Assembly: GCA_051294375.1 (NCBI GenBank) | Contig: CM119266.1 | Location: 2,217,760-2,281,759, forward strand | DNA from: Paraspadella gotoi | Lineage: Eukaryota; Animalia; Chaetognatha | Reading direction: 5' to 3' | Length of the DNA: 64,000 bases | Shown here: piece after piece, positions 24,207 to 35,029 of the stretch | Layout: every line of letters starts with the position of its first letter | Position numbering within the stretch: position 1 is the first letter of the stretch | Position numbers and translations under genes: made by a program | The notes under the pieces: model-generated | The model's database searches: none | What the model was told of the DNA's origin: nothing | The model's input: the letters and a program-made list of their open reading frames with translations, nothing else

Positions 24207-27200
24207 TTACTTAGCCTTTGACTGCTTCCCCTTCGACCGCTTGCCCCCTTTGGGCCGCGAACGCCCTTTGGATCCGGCCGCCGAACCGGGGAAGGAAGGA
24301 TCCGCGTCCGCGAAAGATTCCGAGCCAACCGAGGGCCCTTCAAAAATGAGGAATAGAATATTAAGTAAGCAAAGTGAAACTTGGTTTAAATTATAATTCT
24401 AGGAATTAGTTGGCCATAAAATATGTATTAAAAAAAATCAATTAGTAAAAGTAAATTATTTATAGAATTTCTTATGACATTCACTCCGGTCTAACCTTTG
24501 GTGTCGCGGCTTCCCCTTTCGCACTCCATCGATTGACGGACGCCGGAAGGATCCACGTCGTCGAGTTGGTCGTCCGCGTCTCCTGGAGGTGGCTGCATGG
24601 ATCGAGGGTGAGAAGGGAAGAGCGAATGGGAGGAATTGGAAAGAGAGAAATTAGTTGGACAGAAAGTGTAGGATCGATTTTAGGTTTATTAACTATTAAA
24701 TAAAATATTTTTATTACTAGGACTAGACTATTACTAGACCAAAAAAATTCAAATAACGTATATTTATGATATTCTCGGTTGAGACCTTTTTTCAGCGTTG
24801 CCATGGCTACCAGCGTCTAATCGTCCTTATTAAAAGCTTAATTTTCAGTTCTTTCACTTTTCAACTACTCGACTTTTCGACTATTCGACTATTTCACATC
24901 TACGTTTGAAGACTTTTTCTCTTCTATCTTTTTGTCTCTTCGAAGGCATAAGCAGTTGCAGAAAGGAAATCCTTTTTTCTCGGCCAAAGGTGCGGCGTCG
25001 CCTGCGTCGCCTGCGTCGCCTGCGTCGCCTGCGTCGGCGGGGACAGCAGCTGCGTCTACGGCGAGGGAGTTGGCGTTGCGATTTTCCATCTGGGCGATTC
25101 TTTGCAACTGATAACGTTTCAACAAGAAATTTAATTGATGAGAGAGAGAGAGAGAGAGACAGAATTTTTTTATTGGTCAAAGGATATATGATTCATCTTA
25201 ATTTGCCAATGAAGCAGCCAAACCTCCAACTGCCTCTGCTCCTCCAAATCTCGACGTCGCTCTCGACTCTCGATGCTGAATCTCTCCGCCATGTCTTCGA
25301 GGGTCATGTTCATCCAGACTTTGGAAGATGCTTTAAGGGGAAAACGACTCTGTCTCTCTCTCTGGCTCTCTTTTCTCTTTTTGTCTGTCTTTTCTCACTT
25401 TTTCCCTTATTTTGTCTTTTCTTTGTCCTTTCTTTCTTTCTCTATTTCTTTCTTTCATTCCTTCTTTCTTTTTTCCCCTCATTCATTGTTCTTTCTCTCT
25501 CCCTTTTCTCACCCATGTGCAACGCCCTCTCATTGGCGTTGGCTTCATTACTCTGATGATGTCGCTTCTTCATTTCCGCGTCAATCTGCATCTTCAACTC
25601 TCTGACCAAAATGGATGAGACTATTACAATTAAATTATTATTATTATTATTATTGCTATTAACCCCGATCAAGCCTTCAGACTTTGGACAGGCTTTGTTG
25701 GGTTATTTCTTACAAGATATTAATATTGCGGGACCCTGCAAGCGTTCAATAAAGACTCTCTAACAAACGAGTTCATAAACTCCCCTTGGCTCCACTATCA
25801 ATGAATTAATATATTATGGCGACAGCCGGGTTGCCTGCGATGCCCATTGGGATGGGGCATCTCACAGTTGTCTTTGGGGGCTTCCGACCTCAGTGACGCC
25901 TCCAGTCACTGGCGCGGTTTACCCGAGGATCGTCTCGCTTTGCCACCGCAGAGGGAAGTCGTTAGGACTGTGGATGGAAGACTACGACTGGGATAGCGTG
26001 TTCCCCCTCTGAGCCAATGGATTTAGTTGAAGGATGGAGGACGTGAGGCCGGTGTGAATATACCGGCCACATATAACAATTTTCTATAATACCTCCCCCC
26101 CAACTCACCTGTAGTAGGAGTCTACGTCGTTCTTAGAGATCGAGGAAGACTTTTTCAATTGAGATTTTCGTTCAAATCTGACTACCAAAACAATATAAAC
26201 GCTCCTGGTAAAAAATTCTGGTAAAATATCGATGTAAAAACACTTGATTCCGATCCTGTTGGCATCTGAAGGGCTCGCATTTTTTTTCTTCTCTGTCAAT
26301 CATCAACATCTTGATATCAAACAAGCCAGAACAAATAGAACTGCTTCTGGACGGAAAAATTTTCTAATCTCTGATTTTATATAGAAATGAAAGGGATTTT
26401 TTCTTCCTTGAAAATGATATAAACGTGACTGAGGTATGTTCCTGTTCAACAAATGAGGTCCAATTTTGGAATGCTTTGCAAAGTGTTAAGGGTCTCAAAA
26501 TTTTTCTTTAACATTTTATTTAGGTTATTTTGATATGATAAGAATCATGGTAAAGTGAATTGTTCCATTTGGTGAAATTTTTATTTAAAGTAAAAGTAAA
26601 AGAGGAGTAACGATCGGAATTCTAAGAGTTTCAACCGGGAGTCAGATTCGGAAAAATCTTCTATGGCGAAAATCTTCCAAAGAAGGGGTGAATTTTTCCG
26701 AAGATTTTGGTTAATATTTTCTATATTTATAGTCGGATTTTTTTGAAACTTAATATTAACAATATTGCCATCATTCTACCTTGGCCGGTAATAAGAATAT
26801 ATTAAAAAAGCTTCGGGCTTAGTTCGTCAGAGCTTAGTCCTACCTGTAGACGTCGGCCACAACAGAATCGTAGAGAAATTCGTGCAACTCCGAGATGAGA
26901 TCTTTCCCTCAATTTCGAGTAGAGGTTCGCTGTAAACTTGGTTTTTGTAGTGGAGAAGTTCCTTCGCTTTGATCCTTCTCTTCTCCGCCTCCAGGGGATC
27001 CTCGCCCTCGATGTTGAGAAGGGGAATGGGTTGAAAGAAGGGGGAAGGGTGAATAAAAGAGCAGGGGAAGGGGTGATGAAATAAAGGGGAGGGGTGATAA
27101 AAGACTAGGGGGAAGTGGTGATAAAAGACAGGGGAAAGCGGTGATAAAAGACAGGAAAGCGGTGATAAAAGACAGGGGGAAGGGGTGATAAAAGACAGGG

Positions 27201-27890
27201 GGAAGGGTGATAAAAGACAGGGGGAGGGGTGATAAAAGAGAGGGGAAGGGGTGATAAAAGACAGGGGGAAGGGGTGATAAAAGACAAGGGGGAAGGGGTG
27301 ATAAAAGACAGGGAGAAAGGGGTTGAAAAAGACAGGGGGAAGGGGTGATAAAAGACAGGAGGAAGGGGTGATAAAAGACAGGGGGACAGGGGTATAAAAG
27401 ACAGGGGAAGGGGTGATAAAAGACAGGGGGAGGAGGTGATAAAAGACAGGGAAGGGTTGATAAAGACAGGAGGAGGGTGATAAAAAGACAGGGGGAAGGG
27501 GGTGATAAAAGACAGGGGGAAGGGGTGATAAAACACAGGGGGAAGGGGTGATAAAAAGACAGGGGAAGGGGTGATAAAAGAGAGGGGGAAGTGGTGATAA
27601 AAGACAGGGGGAAAGGGTTTGTAAGAGTGGGAGGTGGTAGAATGGAAATTGGTTAGGTGGTTATGTGGTGATGGGGGAAAGAATATTCAGTTTTGGGTGG
27701 GTGGTGTCTCAAGAAAGTAAAGTAAATAAATACGTAATTACATACGAATACTTAAATGATATAAAAATGAATAAATAATTAAATAAATACATATGAATAT
27801 AAATGAACTCAATATCCCGACTTAATTATCGAGCCATGACCGGCGAAGCCGGTTCAGGCTTGATTTTGTTTCGGGTAAGCTTCTTTGTGA

Positions 27891-27925
<35 letters not shown>

Positions 27926-28546
27926 GCGTCACGCTGTTTTTATATAAAAACTACTGCGCTTTTATAGGTTTGGCTGTGACTTACCGTTTTTTTTTAAATA
28001 AAAATTATTATGAATTATGATAAAGTTTTACAAAAGTGTGCGATCATAGTAAGTTAAAAATTTAGATATGGCTTCTCATCTTGAAATAGCTTTGATATTT
28101 TCTTATTACATTTTGATTTAAGTATTTTTTTTTCTTTTTGCCTTTAATTTCACTTAAAAATCACATGTAAATCATATTTTAAAAATATTCAACAGTCACC
28201 TGAGCCTCTGGTTCCGGAATCTCGTTGTAATTCATTCCTGAAGTCTTTCGGTAAGAATATATATATATATTGTTATTTTAATTCATAGAATACATAATTT
28301 TGAAAGTATATCGAACCGTAATAATAGTTATTCTTTGTCGAATTTCCCTCGAATTTAACGAAATTATAATTTCGAATCATCAATTGGTCAACTTTGTCGT
28401 CGTCGTCGGCGTCGGCGTCGTCGAGAACGCCGGCATTGATTGAACACGGCGCCCCTTTTTGCGGCGTTGTTTCTGACGGCGTGGTTTTCGACGCCGCCTC
28501 GAGTGGCGGCCGCGTCTCGTCGTGCGCAGGCGACGGAGAAAGGAAT
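24207..28546 (-). CDS. Uncharacterized multi-exon gene, 5'-partial; exons 28546-28317, 28244-28200, ~27005-26844, 26177-26109, 25601-25513, 25330-25224, 25107-24904, 24592-24496, 24337-24207(stop)
   Basis: GT-AG introns with matching phases (1,1,2,2,1,0,0,1) join one reading frame: ..NNYYY-DFRNELQRDSGTRGS-GEDPLEAEKRRIKAKELLHY..ISELHEFLYDSVVADVY-RFERKSQLKKSSSISKNDVDSYY-RELKMQIDAEMKKRHH..HM-ASSKVWMNMTLEDMAERFSIESRERRRDLEEQRQLE-LQRIAQMEN..KKSSN-PPPGD..-..KQSKAK*. The 26844 exon needs small indel corrections, supported by the duplicate copy at ~35257-35425. Confidence 0.7.
25815..26071 (-). mobile_element. ~257-bp solo-LTR-like interspersed element
   Basis: Minus strand TGTGGC...GTCGCCATA ends; 5' half matches 63874-64000; CAGTGAC-N7-GTCACTG hairpin core shared with 43444-43714 and 53644-53915. 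Confidence 0.6.
27045..27620. repeat. ~21-22-bp G-rich minisatellite (GGGGAAGGGGTGATAAAAGACA), intronic
   Basis: About 25 units directly visible; degraded duplicate at ~35440-36070. Confidence 0.9.
27822..27960 (+). mobile_element. Probable 5' end of a second Helentron/Helitron-type non-autonomous element
   Basis: TT start, hairpin ACCGGC-GAA-GCCGGT within GAGCC(A)TGA..TCAGGCTT, followed by a (GTC)n microsatellite. Confidence 0.4.
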
Positions 28547-29816
28547 CTAACGGGATTGAGTTTATTTACTCAAGAAAAAAGAGGAAATCAGGAGAACTTG
28601 TAGCGGCCTGTTATGAGCTGTTATCGCCTGTCAGCGCCTGTCGCGACCGGTAAAGGCCCTTCTTGGCCGCGCACAAATTTTCTACCTTCGCTAACGCATC
28701 ACCGATATGCCGCATTACCAAAGTTTTTAAATTCAGAAATTGTAAGAACCGAATGACCTGCCTTTTCTGATGGTTAATCTCTTTTCTTGGCTTTTAATCA
28801 CCTAATCTCATGATCATTTGCTTCTTAATCCATCGATTAATCTCGTTTCTTTAATCACCTAATCTCCTGATCTTTTCCTTTTTTTAATCACTCGATTCTC
28901 TGTCAGAATCACTCGTTTTTCTCCATCGCGATTCTTTTTTCCGCGGGCGAATTCTTTAAACTCTTTCTAAGCATTATTTTAAACTCAGTTAAATTTCAGT
29001 AATTGTTTTTTTTTTTCTTTTAAAATTAAATTGTTCGTTGGTGTTTATGAGATCAAAGGCGAATATAGTGTAGATTTAAAGAATGAATGTTTTGTAATGA
29101 GTTTTTGTTAGTTTTAACAAGATATTTCAACGAATAAAAAATAGTGCTTAAATTTAAAAGGCTTTATAAATTATTGACATAATTGAATTAAATTTATTTT
29201 AACTAAATTAAATTGATTAAAATGAATCCGTTCTCCCTCAATCCCATCCTTAGCCATCTCCACCACCATTCCCCAGCACCCCATCCACCGCCCCCCACCC
29301 CCAATCTAAACCACCTCACCACCTCGTCCACTGACCCGCGATCCCTCACAAAAGAGGACGCCCAAACGGGTGGGGGTAGAACTGGGGGGTTAGCGACGGC
29401 GCCGCAGAAGAAATTTTGCGCCGCGTCGGATTGCTTCGACGCCGAAGCGATATAGGAGTGACGCCGGTGTGTCGAAGAGCGTCAAAGTGGGTGGCTATAA
29501 GAGAGGGTAATAAAGTGAAGCGAATAAGTTAAGTGGGTCACTGTGCACTTGACGATGAAGGTCCGATGGGGAGTCCGTTGGAGGGTCCGATGGCGGGTCC
29601 GCTAAGGCGAACAAAGAGATAACGAGTAACGGCGCTCTCAGGGCGCCGTCGAAACCCTTGGGGACTCCCCCGTTCTGCGGCGACGCCCACATTTCGGCGT
29701 CTTTTTTTAGTCCCCAGCGGCGTCGACGTCTTCACGCCACATCAATTCGCCATATTCCCGCGCAACTGGGAGGAAAACGGGATCGTAACGACGGCCATTG
29801 CCCCTTGTTGTTGTTT

Positions 29817-29858
<42 letters not shown>

Positions 29859-30899
29859 GTATTGTTTTTGCTGTTGTTGTAGTTCTTAGAGTTGCCGTCG
29901 TTGTTGTTTTCCGCGTTTTTGATGATTTGTTTTCGCTGTTGTTGTTGTTTTGTTTGTTTTTTTTTTTGCTTCATGTTTTTAAATGTTTTATTTTCTCGTG
30001 TCGCTTTTTTGTTTATTTTGTTGTTTAGTTTATTAGTTTTTTTTTGTATTAAACTACTAACAAGCTCATCCTAATTGTTGTCTGAGGTTGAATTTTTTTA
30101 ATAAATGCAAAAAAAAATGTATGCATCTTTTATTAAAGCCATGATTCAGGGATTTATGTAGGAAAGAGTATGTAAGTACAATATACATACATACTTCGAC
30201 TAATTTTTTTTAAACTTCAAAAAAATTGATTGTAGGTTTTACAAGTTTTACAATTTTTGATTGATTACTTAATGGTAAGTACAGCTTACAGCAAATTCTT
30301 GCTTTATAATTCACTTAGTCGGACCGTCGGTCCGCCCCCCCAATTTTTTTCGGTAAGTTACTTAAATTATGTCAGAACATCGAAAATACAAAATAATATA
30401 AACCAAAAACGACTAAAATCACTATGTAAAATGAATGAGAGGGCAAGAAAGAGTAAAAAGGATATAAATGAGATGCGAGATAAGAAATTGGATTGTTTTT
30501 AAAGGATTAAGTTTGAATTTCATACTGGAGATCGGAGAAAAACAATCGTAAACATTTTCATGAAATGAAGAAAGGAACTATCGAGGTTCAAATGGGGATC
30601 AGCCAAAGAAAAAAAGGGATGATGATCGCCATCGTGGACGAAATGGAGACCAATTGTTGAGGATCGACGAACCACCCCGACCCCCAATCTCCACCTTTTA
30701 CCACTTATCCCCCACCAACTCTCCTTCCTCCCCTTTCCCCGCGCGATCATGGGCCGATTCTGGAAGCGTTCCCGCCCTTTCGGCCAATTTAGCCAAAAAT
30801 GGGTAAAATGGAGCGATAGAGAAACCATTCGGTTCACATGAGGTTCGAATCTCACCATTTTTTTATGAGAGAGAGAGAGAGAGAGACGAGAGAGAGAGA

Positions 30900-30947
<48 letters not shown>

Positions 30948-31314
30948 TAGAGAGAGAGAGACAATGTTAACATACCCCTCCTAAAAGATAAATATTTTTA
31001 TGTTTAGATAATTAAAAAAAGAAAATGAATCAAACCGTATAGAGTAAAATATAAACATTTTAAAATCGAAAATCTTTAAGTAGTGAAACGAGCAATTTTA
31101 ATTGTAAAGATGTAAAAAATGTATTTCAAGTTTTGTAAGTATTTATACAATAAAATTTCTTTTTGTATAGAATTAGGTTTTAATGCTAATTTTCGTCTAT
31201 TTATACGTACCACCTCTTATTGTTTGCGCCTTAACTTTCCGTTCTACTTCGCAGCAGTCCCGCAGCATCCGGCGACGATTTTATTTACTGCGCTGCGGCG
31301 ACGACGGGCGACTT

Positions 31315-31354
<40 letters not shown>

Positions 31355-31479
31355 CGATAAAAACGCGGAGAGAATTTTGAATCTTTGAAAAAAAGGGAAA
31401 AACTGAAAAGTCAAAAGGAAATAAATTCGTCTTCTTTTTCTGACCTAAAGGAGAAAGGGAGGAAGAAAAAAAGGAAAGG

Positions 31480-31880
<401 letters not shown>

Positions 31881-32495
31881 CCTCTTTTCCCTTCCCTTCC
31901 TTTCTTTCTGCTTCTCTCAACTACATTTATTTATTTATTTATTTATCCATCTATTATTTATTTATTTATCCTCAATTAATTTCCCTGTTTTATTTTTTGT
32001 TCCTTTATTATTTATTCTTTTCCCCATGAAAATAAGGAACTACTTTTCCTTTAATTATTTTTTTTTATATTCACAAACACTCGGTTCTTCATTCATCTTC
32101 TCTTTTTTTTCCTTTCTTTTTTCCTATCCTTTACTATCCTTTACTTTATTTCTTACTCTTTATTCCTCTGCTTTTTCTCCTTTTTCCTTTCTGCCCTTTC
32201 CTCCCTTCATTTTTTCCCTCTATCTTCTCCTTTCCTTTCCTCTTCCACCTTTCCTTTCTCCCTTTCCTTTCCTCCTCCCCTATCCCCATTTTTTTCTCCT
32301 CTTTCCTCCCCTTCTTCCTTCCCTTTTCTTTCTCTCCTTTTCCCCTTTCCTTCTCCTTTCGCTGGTCCGGCCTCCTCGGCCTCTCTGCATATGGAACGCT
32401 TAGCTTGATTAAAATCCTGCCCTACCAACTACAGACTATATTTTAGGCTTTTGGCGGACATTTTCATTATCAAAATCGTCGCCGCTCCGTTCCGC

Positions 32496-32533
<38 letters not shown>

Positions 32534-33377
32534 TCTCTCTCTCTCTGCTCGTTAACTAAATCGCGCACTCTTGCCTTTCTCCTTCGTTTTGTTATAAATG
32601 TCTCTCGTTATTTGTACGATGCGAGACGATGTACTTACATTTTTTATTAATGTAAAATGTAAAATGACGATATTAAGCTCTCAGTAAACACTTGAAGCCT
32701 TTTACTCTCTAGAAGCTACGCGCACTCTGCATTTCGCCCAAGAGTGCGAAAACGCGTCTCACCCATTCCTTACCCGAACCTTACCCTCGGCGATCCGGCG
32801 TCTCGACCCTAAGGGGCGGCGAGGACAGAACTTACTTTATTTTCTGTAGCCCAGGCCCTTCTCACTGTGCCTTACCATGCTTCAAAGCACTTCTGGCCCC
32901 CCTCTCGCCTCGTCGGGCCGTCACGACCCCGATGGAACCTCCTTCGTATTGAAAACGACCCCTGAGGTCGGGCCGGAGCCGGAGCCGGAGCCGGGCCGGA
33001 GCCGGGTCGGCCCGGGTCCACTNNNNNNNNNNNNNNNNNNNNNNNNNAGGAGAGAGATCGCATTGGCCGGCTTTTCTCCCCGCATCGGCTCCTGTTGTTT
33101 CAGACCAGATCGCTTCCTCCTTCCTTCCCTTTATTTTTCCGACCACACCTCGCCCTCCCACGGACTTTTCTCTCCATTTCCCAACATCCTCCCACCCCCT
33201 TCTGCCTCTCCACCTCCCCCCCCTTCTCCGACTTTGAACCCGTACCCCGCGATCGGCCCCGCCTCAAAGACCGACGTGTTAGGCAGAACCATTAGCAGAG
33301 TTGGCCGAGTCAAGTCCGCGCTTTATTTGTCGATTGCTCAACCAATAAACCTCCCTCTCTCTGTCTCTCTCTCGTCT

Positions 33378-33410
<33 letters not shown>

Positions 33411-34313
33411 TCTCTTCTCTCCTCTCTCTCTCTCTCTCTCTCTCCAGGTCAGAGTCTGGAAGTCAATCGTGATTTTACAGCTCTTGCCTCAAAAGAGACC
33501 GCGCGTCGCCCCTGTTTTTCTCAGTTGACAAATAGGAATTTACCTTCACCAAGACGTTAATGAAAATAATAGTCAGTACACAGAATATTTCATATAACTA
33601 TACAATACTTTCTATTTTTTTGCTTTACGTCATAATATTTCGATTTTTTCCATGTTTTTATGTTTATTTTTTGCTCTCTGGTTCTCTCTTCTACAATCAA
33701 CGCGATTTTAACAATACATGTTGGCAAATCATGTTGCATTACATTTTAACTTTAAAACACTCGTCGTCGTCCTCGTCATCGTCGTCGTCGTCTTCCTCGC
33801 TCCTCCCGCCTTCTCCACATAACGCCTTTGATTGAATTGTAGTCCTCTGTTGGGTGGTGATTTGGCCAATGGAGAAACGACGACTGTGACTATCAAGTTT
33901 TTGTAGTTGAGGTGATTTTTTTATGAAATCAATCATTTTTGGGCTTTACTCGTTATTCGTCCCTTTATTCTTTTGCGTTTAATTCTTTATTCTTTATTCT
34001 TTATTCTTTATTCTTTTGCTCAAGGCGTTGAACTAAAATGAGCAATGCTCTCTTTATTTTTATCTCTTTTTTCAAAATAATTGTTTTGGTTTCCCGTTCG
34101 CTGCTTTCCGCATTTCAGTGATTTCCAGTTTAACCGGATTCTCCAAGAAAAAAAACGTGTTTTAATATTTTTATTTTTCGAAAGTTCTTTCTTTTCTTTG
34201 TGTTTCAGGTATTGAATTGAATATGAAGACGAACTCTTTTCAACAACGATTTGATTTTTATTTGAAATTAAAGACAAAGTCTTGATACAGCAACGATTTG
34301 ATTTTATTGTACA

Positions 34314-34347
34314 GACAAGTTTCGGCTTTCATTCAAGCCTTCATCAG
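34314..34347 (-). ncRNA. Minimal hammerhead ribozyme motif
   Basis: Minus strand GCA CTGATGA A GGCTT gaatga AAGCC GAAAC TTGT C TGT: 5-bp stem II, short stem I (GCA/TGT). Confidence 0.7.
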
Positions 34348-34395
34348 TGCTTTTTACAATTCACAATTTTCACAATTGATTTTTATCATAACAGG

Positions 34396-34429
34396 GACAT
34401 GTTTCGGTTTTCATGCAAGCCTTCATCAG
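34396..34429 (-). ncRNA. Minimal hammerhead ribozyme motif
   Basis: Minus strand CTGATGA A GGCTT gcatga AAACC GAAAC ATGT C: one mismatch in stem II, palindromic ACATGT. Confidence 0.65.
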
Positions 34430-35029
34430 CGCATTTTGGCTATTTCACATTTTCGGTTTTTTAATATGACTTTTGAGAGAGAGAGAGNNNNNNNNNNAGA
34501 GACAATACATTAGTTAATGTACAACAATAATAAAATTAATAAATAAATATGTAAACAGACTTAATAGGTAAACTAAATTTAAATTAGATTGAATTAAGAA
34601 ATTGAAATTTAGATGAAATGGAAATAAAGATGTTAAGGGATAGGAAAGTAAAAGATTTAAGTGAAAAATAAGAAGAAGAAAGAAGCTCAAAATGAGCTGG
34701 TCCCCCCCCCTGAGTCAACGAAGGGGGATGCTGGCGATGTGGTCGGGTCATTGGCTTGTCATAGGTTGAGAGGACATTGTGAGGGAGTACGACATGGTCG
34801 CCGACCATTGGTCGGGTCCGGTAGAGACCCAGCTGGAAAGAGACCAAGTGCAACTCGAATATCTCTATATGTCAAAATGCGCTGATGAAGGCTTGTGTGG
34901 CGAATCCTAAATTCGTTTCCCGTATAGCTTGGTGAAACTCAGCTCGTCCCATTGGCTTGGACAGCTCAGTACTCGTTCACAAATCGTGAGTTCCGGGTTC
35001 AATCCCCTTACGGTCACGCTGGTTAGAGA

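Larger units (their letters stand above)
34200..34470 (-). mobile_element. Penelope-like element pseudo-LTR fragment with tandem hammerheads
   Basis: Two hammerhead cores 82 nt apart, each followed by an (A/G)ATAAAA(A)TCAA motif; the same downstream sequence follows the plus-strand motif at 43761-43830. Confidence 0.6.

Noticed and set aside
29495-30860. Further 5' exons and start codon of the minus-strand gene
   Set aside because: Candidate frames exist (e.g. MWASPQNGG.. via a 47-nt intron), but donors are weak and alternatives cannot be distinguished.
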